Assembly: GCF_003945235.1 (NCBI RefSeq) | Contig: NZ_RSDW01000001.1 | Location: forward strand, 5,340,001 to 5,372,000 | Source: Edaphobacter aggregans | Lineage (GTDB): Bacteria; Acidobacteriota; Terriglobia; Terriglobales; Acidobacteriaceae | Reading direction: 5' to 3' | DNA length: 32,000 bases | Shown: positions 8,292 through 16,720 of the stretch, piece after piece | How the letters are laid out: every line of letters starts with the position of its first letter | Numbering within the stretch: position 1 is the stretch's first letter | Program-made: the position numbers and the translations under genes | Notes under the pieces: generated by a model | Databases searched by the model: none | The model's input: the letters and a program-made list of their open reading frames with translations, nothing else | Told to the model about the DNA's origin: nothing

Positions 8292-10448
8292 TCAGGGAAG
8301 CGAGATGCGATAGAGATTGCGGTGCACCGCGGTATTCACGTAGGCATAGTGTGAGAGGTCTTTGCCGGGGACGAGTTCTGCGCGGCTAATCGACTGGGCA
8401 CCGGGAACTATGCTCGGTTCTGCAAGCGGCTGGATGCCTCCGGGAGGAAGCTCCGGCAGGGTTTCTCCGGGGCCAACCGGAATAGCGAGGCTTCGTCCCG
8501 GAGTCGCTGGTGACGAGGCTTTGATCGGAACAAACAGGAATCTCCCGCTCGACGACCATACCGGGACGCAATCGCTTACGCATATGCGGCGCGGAGATCC
8601 ACCGCCGAGCGGAATCGCCACGACCATGGGTATAACGCTGTTGCCTTCAGGATAAGGAGCGACTGCCATCAGCCACCTTCGCCCTGGCGAGATGCTTTGC
8701 ACTTCGCTGATTGGGTATGGAAGGACCTTGGACCGTCCGGAGCCATCCTGATTCATCTGTTCCAGATAATTGACGTTTCCCTCTGCAAGCCGAAACAGAA
8801 TCTGCCCCTGTGGGCCGAAGTAGGGCGTTGTTTCCCCGGAATGGCCGATCTGCCGGGCAGGGAATCTTCTGTCAATCGGGGCGAGCCACACTTGGGACCT
8901 GCCGTCGCGGCCCAGACTGGCGTAGACAACCTGTTTTTCATCCGGCGACACATCGTAGGAGGTCATGGAAGTTCCGGGAAAGACCGCTTCGCTCTTGCCA
9001 GTGTCTAGCGTCAAACGCCAGAGTTCCGGGCCAGCATTCACGTCGTGATGGCGCAGAAGGTAGTAGAGGGTTTTATCGTCCGCTCCAAAGGACGGAGGCG
9101 AGAGGTCCGCGACGATCTCTCCTTCGGACGATAGGGATCGTTCCCCCGCAGCATCGTGGATCCAGATGGAGCTTTCACGCGCGCCAATCGAGGAAATGAC
9201 GGATCGGCCATCCTGCTCGACGGCCAATCCTTCCTCTTCTGACGGGCCGAAGGTGATCTGCTCCGGGCGGCCGTTTGGAGATCGCTGACGCCAGAGATGA
9301 CTTTGGCCTTGAACGATCGCGATGAAGTACATCCACGAACCATCGGGAGACCAACCTGCGGCGGTGCAGGCACCATCTGGCCCTATTAGTTTTGGAGCGG
9401 ACTTGCCGACGAGAGAGATGAGCTGGCACAGCGTCCAATCTCCCTGTCCGTTCATCTCGACTACAAGAGCTGATTTGCGATCAGGGGAGGCGAATGAGTA
9501 ATGGGCCATGGCCCGTTCGTGAGGGGGGAAATAGAGTTCGCGAAAGTCGTCGCCCGTTACTGTCTCGGTGACGATCCCCATATGTAGGCCGGAACGGATT
9601 CTGGAGAAGAGAAAGTAGTGTGGGTCGAGCCAGGTCAGTCCTGCCGCATTGTTAAGGAGAAGATGCGGGTCGCCGCCTAATACCGAGATGGCGTAGGTGG
9701 CGAAGGAGGAACCCTCCAAGACCGTGTAGGCGATCTGCGAGCCGTCTGGCGAGAATGCCAGGCCATATCTCGACTGCGCATCATTGGTCAGAGGTCTGGC
9801 TTCGCCATCGGGGAGCATCTTGACATAGATTTGACCGGCCGGCATGAAAGAGCTATCTCCGCGGATGAACGCGAGGATATGACCATCTGGCGATAAGGCG
9901 GGATCTGAAGCAGAATCAGTGAAATCGGTTAGCTGTGTGTACTTTACGACGGCCGGATGGGCGCGGAAGGAGGAATAGATCGGGATGCCGATTGTGGCGA
10001 TTACCGCGAGGACTCCTGTTGCGAAGAGGAGCCATCGCACTCTTTGGTTGCCAGCAACTAGCGCCGGAGAAGAAGCAATGCGATTTGGCGGCCTCTGAGA
10101 GATCTCGGCGTGTGCTTCGGACTCCAGTGGCTGTGTTCCGTCTTTTACTGGAGCGATGAAGCGATAGCCGACGCGCGGAATGGTTTCGATGTAGCGGGGA
10201 GAGTCGGCCGAGTCGCCGAGCGCGTCGCGAAGCTTCTGGATGGACTTGTTCAGTCCATGATCGAAGTCGATGAAGACGTCGGAGGGCCAAAGTCGCTGAC
10301 GGAGCTGTTCGCGGGTGACGATCTCGCCGGGCGATTCGAGCAGGACAGACAGAAGCTGAAGAGGCTGCTGCGACAGCCGGATCTTTATTCCGTTTTTGGT
10401 CAGTTGCGCGGCCTTGAGGTCGAGCTCGAAGAGGCCGAAGCGAACCAT
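8292..10448 (-). CDS. membrane-anchored CadC/ToxR-like wHTH regulator with periplasmic TolB-like beta-propeller
   Basis: N-terminal OmpR/CadC-type winged helix (FGLFELDL...RLSQQPLQLLSVLLESPGEIVTREQLRQRLW...PRYIETIPRVGYRFIA) and one TM helix (WLLFATGVLAVIATIGIPIY). It then has repeated SPDG-type PD40 motifs (SPDGHILAF, SPDGSQIAY, SPDGSWMYF, SPDEKQVVY). I chose the start at MVRF (10448). In-frame ATGs at 10529 and 10562 are alternatives. Confidence 0.85.
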   Translation of the reverse strand: MVRFGLFELDLKAAQLTKNGIKIRLSQQPLQLLSVLLESPGEIVTREQLRQRLWPSDVFIDFDHGLNKSIQKLRDALGDSADSPRYIETIPRVGYRFIAPVKDGTQPLESEAHAEISQRPPNRIASSPALVAGNQRVRWLLFATGVLAVIATIGIPIYSSFRAHPAVVKYTQLTDFTDSASDPALSPDGHILAFIRGDSSFMPAGQIYVKMLPDGEARPLTNDAQSRYGLAFSPDGSQIAYTVLEGSSFATYAISVLGGDPHLLLNNAAGLTWLDPHYFLFSRIRSGLHMGIVTETVTGDDFRELYFPPHERAMAHYSFASPDRKSALVVEMNGQGDWTLCQLISLVGKSAPKLIGPDGACTAAGWSPDGSWMYFIAIVQGQSHLWRQRSPNGRPEQITFGPSEEEGLAVEQDGRSVISSIGARESSIWIHDAAGERSLSSEGEIVADLSPPSFGADDKTLYYLLRHHDVNAGPELWRLTLDTGKSEAVFPGTSMTSYDVSPDEKQVVYASLGRDGRSQVWLAPIDRRFPARQIGHSGETTPYFGPQGQILFRLAEGNVNYLEQMNQDGSGRSKVLPYPISEVQSISPGRRWLMAVAPYPEGNSVIPMVVAIPLGGGSPRRICVSDCVPVWSSSGRFLFVPIKASSPATPGRSLAIPVGPGETLPELPPGGIQPLAEPSIVPGAQSISRAELVPGKDLSHYAYVNTAVHRNLYRISLP

Positions 10449-10700
10449 CTCGTGGGTCGGCAAAACAGCCACTCCGCACCTCCCGTACCGGTGAAGAACA
10501 GATTTTACACCCGTATGGTGCGTATGCATGAACCCTTCTGATCCTCTGTCGACTGGGGACAAGTTCCCCTAATTCCTTGCAGCAACAGGGATTGCACGGG
10601 GACAAACAAATCGCCCCGCGGGCATTGCTCTAAATCGTGCCGGTGCCGCAGACTCGGGCAACGTCGCTGGTTTGGAACAGTCCCGAAAAGGAGAAACATC

Positions 10701-11318
10701 ATGGATCGAATCGTCAGGAACTTAGTAGTCTCAATCACCTCGGACGGCAGGTTGCGGCTGCGGCTCTTCCGCGGCGGCCTGGCACTGCTTGCCGCCCTAT
10801 GCCTTTTTATTCTCCCAACCGGTGCCAACGCAGCCTGCGGAAGGTTCGACGCACCAGGCCTGCACTCCGTGATTAAATTACCCGTGGTTCCGCAGGCCGC
10901 TTTTGATTTCCCCTCACCCTTTGAAGCCAGGCCAACGGTCGTTGGCCTCTGGCATGTGATCTACACCAACAGCGTCAATCAGGCGACCTTCAACGACACC
11001 TTCGACATGTGGCACGCCGACGGGACAGAGTTTGAAAGTGCGTTTCTAGCCCCGGCGGGCGGCAACGTGTGCGTAGGAGTATGGAGGCCGACGGGCGCGC
11101 GGAGTTTCACTCTCCATCACATTGGCTGGCTCTTCACTCCAAGCACTCCTTTGGCTACGGCTACCAACACCTTCACCCTCGATGAGGAAGTTACGGTGGC
11201 CGAGGACAACAAATCTTACAGCGGCCGCTTCACTTTCAAAGTGTGGAACCTGGACGGAAGCCCCACACCAGTTGAAGTGACCGGGACGATGGGAGCCACG
11301 CGAATTACGGTCAATTGA
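10701..11318 (+). CDS. secreted hypothetical protein
   Basis: 205 aa with AAAGGAG 7 nt upstream. Signal peptide LALLAALCLFILPTGANA. No motif I recognise. It is divergent from the regulator at 8292-10448. Confidence 0.65.
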   Translation: MDRIVRNLVVSITSDGRLRLRLFRGGLALLAALCLFILPTGANAACGRFDAPGLHSVIKLPVVPQAAFDFPSPFEARPTVVGLWHVIYTNSVNQATFNDTFDMWHADGTEFESAFLAPAGGNVCVGVWRPTGARSFTLHHIGWLFTPSTPLATATNTFTLDEEVTVAEDNKSYSGRFTFKVWNLDGSPTPVEVTGTMGATRITVN

Positions 11319-11343
11319 CGGGTTTCTGGTTCTCTGGATCGAC

Positions 11344-11382
11344 GAGCGGTGCCGACGTGATGCATTCACGCCGGCACCGCTC
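11344..11382 (+). terminator. stem-loop after 10701-11318 (no T-tract)
   Basis: Perfect 11-bp inverted repeat gagcggtgccg (11344-11354) / cggcaccgctc (11372-11382) with a 17-nt loop. Confidence 0.4.
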
Positions 11383-11485
11383 GCAAGAGTGCAAGAATCG
11401 GCGCTAGTCGGCTTGTGTTGACTCCCAATCGTTCAGCCTGTCGCGGCTTGGCTCTCAGTTACTGCTAACAGATGGGATGAGAAGG

Positions 11486-11557
11486 CCGGTCTCCAGCGGG
11501 ATGCGTTAAGCTCCCAAGTTATCGACGCGCCTGAAGCGCGGGAGACAAGGAGACCGG
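11486..11557 (+). promoter_or_regulatory. long-range stem enclosing the SD of the IS110 transposase
   Basis: ccggtctcc (11486-11494) is the exact complement of ggagaccgg (11549-11557), which overlaps the SD AAGGAG just before ATG 11560. An inner hairpin cgcgc-ctgaa-gcgcg lies at 11527-11541. Confidence 0.4.
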
Positions 11558-11559
11558 CG

Positions 11560-12663
11560 ATGAAGAAGCTTACCACTACGATGATGCAGCAGACACTCAA
11601 CAAGCAGGACCGATGCCTGACCGTCGGTCTGGATCTGGGCGACAGGTCGAGCTTTTATTGCGTGCTCGATGAAGCAGGTAACGTCCTGATGGAGCAGAAG
11701 GTGAGCACGACGCCCAAGGCGATAAAAGAGATCTTCGGAGCGATGCCTCGGAGTCGTATCGCACTGGAGACCGGAACGCATTCACCGTGGGTAAGCCGGT
11801 TGCTTAGCGAACTGGGTCATGAGGCGATCGTGGCGCACGCGCGCAGCGTGCGACTGATCGGGGAGAGCAGGCGCAAGGATGATCGGCTTGACGCCATGAC
11901 GCTCGCGCGACTGGTACGGATCGATCCACATCTGTTGTGCCCAGTGAAGCATCGCAGCGCCGAGGCACAAGCGGATCTGACGGTGATCCGAGCGCGAGCC
12001 GCTCTGGTCCGTACACGAACGATGTTGGTCAACGCGGCCCGCGGCCTGACGAAGTCCTACGGGGAACGACTCCGCGGATGCAACGCACGCGGGATGAACC
12101 CGAAGGCAGCTCAGGATCTGAGTCCGGAGTTGAAGTATGCGCTGGAGCCGATGATGCTCGAGATAGAGTCGGCCAGCGAACGGATCTGCGAGTACGATCA
12201 GATGCTCGAGTCTATGGCGCGGGACAGGTATCCAGAAGCGGAGCTGCTGAAGCAGATCAAGGGAGTGGGAACGCTCATCGCCCTCACCTACATGCTGACG
12301 CTGGAAGATCCTTATCGTTTCCGCAAGAGCCGGGATGCAGCCTGCTACGTGGGGCTCCAACCTGGAAGGCGCAACTCGGGACAGAGCGAGCCGCAGATGC
12401 ACATCAGCAAAGAGGGCGATCCGTACCTGCGAGCACTCCTGGTGCAGGCTGCACATCATGTGCTCGGTCCGTGGGGAGTTGACAGCGATCTGCGCCGTTG
12501 GGGCATGAAGCTGGCTGAGCACGGAGGCAAGCGCGGGAAGAAACGCGCCGTGATCGCAGTTGCGCGTAAGCTGGCCGTCCTGCTGCATCGACTCTGGGTG
12601 AGCGGAGATGTTTATGTGCCGATACGGCCAGGCGGCCGGGACACACTGCCGGCAGTGGCATAG
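11560..12663 (+). CDS. IS110-family transposase (DEDD N-terminal domain plus IS116/IS110/IS902 C-terminal domain)
   Basis: 367 aa and uninterrupted. Motifs: VGLDLGDRSSFYCVLDEAG, RRKDDRLDAMTLARL, IKGVGTLIALTYMLTLEDPYRFRKSRDAACYVGLQPGRRNSGQ and HISKEGDPYLRALLVQAA. Confidence 0.95.
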   Translation: MKKLTTTMMQQTLNKQDRCLTVGLDLGDRSSFYCVLDEAGNVLMEQKVSTTPKAIKEIFGAMPRSRIALETGTHSPWVSRLLSELGHEAIVAHARSVRLIGESRRKDDRLDAMTLARLVRIDPHLLCPVKHRSAEAQADLTVIRARAALVRTRTMLVNAARGLTKSYGERLRGCNARGMNPKAAQDLSPELKYALEPMMLEIESASERICEYDQMLESMARDRYPEAELLKQIKGVGTLIALTYMLTLEDPYRFRKSRDAACYVGLQPGRRNSGQSEPQMHISKEGDPYLRALLVQAAHHVLGPWGVDSDLRRWGMKLAEHGGKRGKKRAVIAVARKLAVLLHRLWVSGDVYVPIRPGGRDTLPAVA

Positions 12664-13112
12664 TTCAGTCCAGATATGCGGAGGTTTACCGTCATAAGCC
12701 GAGTTCCGGTGACTGCGTCATTGGCCTGGCCCAACACTCCATCTGCAAGATCGAGTGAAAGGTCGCACTAACAGGTGGCAGCACCGGCTGAATCGAGAAC
12801 ACCCAACTTGCACCGAGCGAGCAAACGCTCACACCAGAGTGCGGATGGAAGGGTGGCGACAATAGCGGCAGCTCGGCGTGCAAGCAATCGCGTTCAGACC
12901 GGCAGGGAGATGAATTTGTCCCGAACTACACAAAAACGGGTTGACACCGACCGGCCTTCTCATGGAAGGCCAATTCACTCATCGAGATTTCCGGCTCGAC
13001 GTTAGTCAACACAAGCGCGTTTATCAGTGCTGACGTGAAAGTCGATTCTGGCAGCGTCTCAAAGCAAAAACGTCTTAACAATGTTGCGAAACGACCGAAA
13101 TTGCACATTTGT

Positions 13113-14024
13113 TTATTGATCGCGCATGCGAAGTAGCTTGCCACGCGCTAAGGCTCCTAGCCCGAGCAACCCCGTTCCGAACAGAGCCAGCGAGGAAGGC
13201 TCGGGTGTCGGAACCGGAACCGCTCCTTGGATCACTCCTGCAGCCGGGTCGAAATTGCTTATGAAGCTGGTGCTGCCCTTCGTCAGGTCCAGGCTGCTTA
13301 TTTGACCCGTGAGGTCATTGAAAGCGTAGTAGGTGCCGTTGACGCCGGCCACTGCTCCGATGCCTAAGTCGGTCGCGCCAACAAGCGTTGCAACTCCCGT
13401 TAAGGGGTCGATCTCGTATAGCGCTGGATCGACTACGGTACTGACAATCGAGAAGGACGTCAGGTCGAACACAAAGGCGTCGAAGGTCTCGTATAGTTTT
13501 CCCTCTGCGCCAAAAATGGCCTCATCGTAAAAATTGATCGTTCCGTCGGGGTTAAGACTGCCAGGGACGTAGGGGATAACTGGAATTCCAGTCGGCCCAA
13601 TCAAAGTCGCGACGCCGGTTAGAGGATTCACCGTATAGAGGCTGTTCTGGAAATCTGTTGCATAAACCTTCCCGGCTAAGCTGCCAAGAGTAGCAGCCGA
13701 CGTTGGTCCACAAGGTGAGGACACCGTTGCGCAGTCGTCCAATCCCGTTGGGCCGACGAGCGTCGGCGCACCGGTCGCGGGGTTGATGGAATAGAGATTG
13801 CTGGAGTACGCAAACGTTACCAGCGATCCGTTTGGCGTTGCAGCTAATCCGAAAGATCCCGGTTCGGGTTGTGCCAGTCCGATTTGCTGAAACGCCCCGG
13901 TCGCCACATTCATGGTGCCGAATTGCTGGGAACCGTTGACGATGTAGACCAGAGTGTCAGCTTTAGAAGCGGTTGTGGCTAGGACAAACGCCAAAGAAAT
14001 TATCAGCGTGGAATTAACTCGCAT
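13113..14024 (-). CDS. PEP-CTERM-anchored secreted repeat protein
   Basis: Start at MRVNSTLIISLAFVLATTASKA, with GGAGG 9 nt upstream. C-terminus PTPEPSSLALFGTGLLGLGALARGKLLRMR is a PEP-CTERM sorting signal. Internal repeats have the form LYxxNPxTGxxTLxGPTG. Confidence 0.85.
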   Translation of the reverse strand: MRVNSTLIISLAFVLATTASKADTLVYIVNGSQQFGTMNVATGAFQQIGLAQPEPGSFGLAATPNGSLVTFAYSSNLYSINPATGAPTLVGPTGLDDCATVSSPCGPTSAATLGSLAGKVYATDFQNSLYTVNPLTGVATLIGPTGIPVIPYVPGSLNPDGTINFYDEAIFGAEGKLYETFDAFVFDLTSFSIVSTVVDPALYEIDPLTGVATLVGATDLGIGAVAGVNGTYYAFNDLTGQISSLDLTKGSTSFISNFDPAAGVIQGAVPVPTPEPSSLALFGTGLLGLGALARGKLLRMRDQ

Positions 14025-14248
14025 TTGTGGATACCTCCGTGAGATGCCGGTGAATACCAAGAGATCAACCGGTAACAACATGGGCATCAAAACTCACATG
14101 ACGAGCCTGGTCAAAGAAACTTATCGTGAAGGCTTCATTAATGGCTAAAAGGTTTTCTTTCAGTTGCCTAGGAGGAGCCATTAACTGCATTCGATCCGGT
14201 GTTAGACTCGAGTCCTGTTCAGTCCTGGGTGGCTTTGGGGGGTGAGGT

Positions 14249-16630
14249 GTGCAGATACATCCCGGAACTGTCTACCAATTTGGTCCCTTTGAGGTCCATT
14301 CCAGTTCTGGCGAACTCCTGAAAAACGGTCTGCGAATAAAGCTGCAGGAGCAACCCTGTCGGCTGCTGGTAGCGCTTTTAGAACGCCCCGGGGAAGTGAT
14401 CAGTCGCGAGGACCTGCGCAATCGGCTTTGGCAGGACGATACGTTTGTCGATTTTGAGAATGGCCTCCGCGTGGCAGTCCGCAAACTGAGGGAGGCACTG
14501 GGCGACGATGCCGAGAATCCTCGGTACGTGGAGACTATACCCAAGCGGGGGTACCGCTTCCTGGCTGCCGAGGTTCGTCGAGCAGATGCTCTCCATCCAA
14601 TTTCGAGTTCGACGGAGACTTTCCCATCGACGGAGAACAAAGCCGCCGGATCCTTGGATGTAAGACCCAAACAGGAGGCCAGGACCAAATGGCAGTGGTC
14701 GCTCAGATGGACGCTGGTTATGATTGCGCTTCTGCTCATCGTCACAACATTGACACTGTCATCGAAGTTCCGGCATCGCAAAGTCCTCACCGGCAAAGAC
14801 ACTGTCGTTCTCGCCGACTTTCTAAACTCGACCGGCGATCCCCTGTTCGATGGCACCCTGCGTCAGGGCTTTGTGGTCCAGCTTACCCAATCCCCGTTTT
14901 TAAGCCTCGTCTCTGACGAACGCATTAGCCAGCTTCTTGTCCTGATGGGCAAGCCCGCCGCAACGCGACTTACCCCGGAGATCGCCCGCGATATCTGCGA
15001 GAGAAACGCAAGCGCTGCCGTTCTTGACGGCTCGATTGCAAAACTTGGTAACCGGTACGTTTTGGGTTTGGGGGCGAAGGACTGCAGGAGTGGGCAAGTA
15101 CTCGCCGAGCAACAGTCCCAAGCGGCGAGTAAGGAAGAAGTGCTGGATGCTCTCGGTGAGATGTCTGGTAAATTTCGGTCTCAACTCGGTGAGTCTCTTG
15201 CTACGGTCGAAAAACACAATACGCGCCTCGAGGATGCAACGACGGCTTCTCTTGATGCGTTTAAGGCTTATAGCACAGGATTAAATGTCGTCTCCTCAAG
15301 CGGAGAAGAAGCAGCCGTTCCGTTCTTCCAAAAGGCGATTGAACTCGATCCTCAATTCGCAGCCGCCTACGCGGAACTCGGCGTCATGTATGGCGCAATT
15401 GGCGAATCCGCTCTGTCGGCGGAGAACACCGGCGAAGCATACAAATTAAGGGATCGCACGAGTGACATTGAGAGGTTCTTTATCACTGCCTCTTACTATT
15501 CGCGTGTCACAGGAAACTACGAAAAAGCGCAACAGACTTGCGAAGCGTGGGCACAGGCCTATCCTCGCGACCCAAGGCCCTACACTTACCTCTCTGCCTT
15601 TATTCTTCCGGCATCTGCGCGATATGAGACGTCGCTCGCAGAGGCACGGAAGAGACTTCAACTCGATCCCAACACTGCTATTGGATATATCGTCCTTGCC
15701 GCTGGCTACATGTTTCTCGATCGTTACGGCGAGGCCGAAAACACACTGCGACAAGGTTCAGAACGCGGACTGGAAACGCCTGAAACCTTGGGTCAGCGCT
15801 ACGACCTTGCTTTCCTGCAAACCCACACCCGCGAGATGGAGCAGCAAGTGGCCTTGTCACAGCGAAATGCTGACACCGAAAACTGGCTTCTTGATCATCA
15901 GGCTTTTGCATTGACCTATACCGGCCGCTTGCGCGAAGCAAGAACCAAGTCACGACACGCCATCGAACTTGCGGAACAGACGACACACATGGAAAGGGCA
16001 GCCTTGACCGAAGCCGGTGCAGCCGTACGGGAGGCCTTCTCCGGGAATGCTCCCGTGGCAAGAAGAGGCGCAGCGACAGCATTAAGACTCTCGAACCAGC
16101 GCGAGGTAGAGTATGGCGCAGCATTTGCGCTCGCTCTCGCGGGTGATAATGTGGGCACTCAAATGCTCGCAGACGACCTCGATAGTCGTTTCCCTGAGGA
16201 TACCTCCGTACGATTCAGTTATTTGCCCACGTTGCGCGCATTGATCGCGCTAAAGCGAGGCGATCCTGCGAAATCCATTGAACTGCTCGAAGTCAGTGCA
16301 ACTTATGATCTTGGGACGCAACGCAGCACCATTCACGGCCTCTTTGGAGCTCTCTATCCCATCTACGTTCGAGGCGAAGCCTATTTAGCCTTACATCGCG
16401 GTGCCGAAGCGGCCGCGGAGTTTCAGAAGATTCTCGATCACCCGGGAATTGTGATCAGCGATCCTGTAGGTGCGTTGGCGCATTTGGAATTGGGCAGGGC
16501 TTACATCCTCCTAGGAGATAAGAAGAAGGCTGACCAAGCCTATCTGGATTTCCTAACTCTATGGAAGGACGGCGATTCCGACATCCCTGTTCTAAAGCAA
16601 GCCCAAGCCGAATATTCAAAGCTCAAATAA
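14249..16630 (+). CDS. membrane-anchored CadC/ToxR-like wHTH regulator with TPR sensor region
   Basis: 793 aa with a GTG start preceded by GGTGAGG. The wHTH (FGPFEVHSS...KLQEQPCRLLVALLERPGEVISREDLRNRLW...PRYVETIPKRGYRFLA) matches the regulator at 8292-10448 at about half of its positions by eye. It also has a TM helix (WTLVMIALLLIVTTLTL) and a long helical TPR-like C-terminal region. Confidence 0.85.
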   Translation: MQIHPGTVYQFGPFEVHSSSGELLKNGLRIKLQEQPCRLLVALLERPGEVISREDLRNRLWQDDTFVDFENGLRVAVRKLREALGDDAENPRYVETIPKRGYRFLAAEVRRADALHPISSSTETFPSTENKAAGSLDVRPKQEARTKWQWSLRWTLVMIALLLIVTTLTLSSKFRHRKVLTGKDTVVLADFLNSTGDPLFDGTLRQGFVVQLTQSPFLSLVSDERISQLLVLMGKPAATRLTPEIARDICERNASAAVLDGSIAKLGNRYVLGLGAKDCRSGQVLAEQQSQAASKEEVLDALGEMSGKFRSQLGESLATVEKHNTRLEDATTASLDAFKAYSTGLNVVSSSGEEAAVPFFQKAIELDPQFAAAYAELGVMYGAIGESALSAENTGEAYKLRDRTSDIERFFITASYYSRVTGNYEKAQQTCEAWAQAYPRDPRPYTYLSAFILPASARYETSLAEARKRLQLDPNTAIGYIVLAAGYMFLDRYGEAENTLRQGSERGLETPETLGQRYDLAFLQTHTREMEQQVALSQRNADTENWLLDHQAFALTYTGRLREARTKSRHAIELAEQTTHMERAALTEAGAAVREAFSGNAPVARRGAATALRLSNQREVEYGAAFALALAGDNVGTQMLADDLDSRFPEDTSVRFSYLPTLRALIALKRGDPAKSIELLEVSATYDLGTQRSTIHGLFGALYPIYVRGEAYLALHRGAEAAAEFQKILDHPGIVISDPVGALAHLELGRAYILLGDKKKADQAYLDFLTLWKDGDSDIPVLKQAQAEYSKLK

Positions 16631-16720
16631 TGACGCTAAACCCTTCGACAGTTCTGGCGAGTCCGAGGTGCCGGAATAAGTCCTGATAGGTCGGCTTCTC
16701 AGAAGTAATAAGTTCGCTCG

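Larger units (their letters stand above)
11415..12989 (+). mobile_element. IS110-family insertion sequence, copy 2 (apparently intact; right end ambiguous)
   Basis: The left flank ends ...ctagtcggctt (11406-11414). Joining it to ttccggctcgacg (about 12989 onward) recreates agtcggctttccgg, identical to 5613-5626. An alternative right junction at about 12685 (tttaccgtcataagccgagttccggtgac) also recreates a unit and would give a roughly 1.27-kb element. No terminal IRs. Confidence 0.4.

Noticed and set aside
8067-8354. 95-codon ORF (MEITSPDSRFYVHLNWE...) and the opposite-strand ORF 7831-8064
   Set aside because: Both are translations of the repeat array at 8019-8111 and its flanks. The first also runs into the 3' end of the regulator gene on the other strand.
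9916-10605. 229-codon ORF overlapping the 5' part of the wHTH/beta-propeller regulator
   Set aside because: It is an extremely Arg-rich out-of-frame translation of the regulator's wHTH region and has no independent support.
11782-12588. 268-codon ORF antisense to the IS110 transposase, and the overlapping sense ORF 11937-12482
   Set aside because: The intact transposase frame explains the region. The alternatives are Arg/Ala/Pro-rich with no motifs.
14136-14184. 8-bp inverted repeat ttaatggc / gccattaa, plus the palindrome cattaatg, in the divergent region between the PEP-CTERM gene and the TPR regulator as a possible operator
   Set aside because: It is too short and AT-rich to distinguish from chance without comparative data, and no matching site was seen in the other divergent region (10449-10700).
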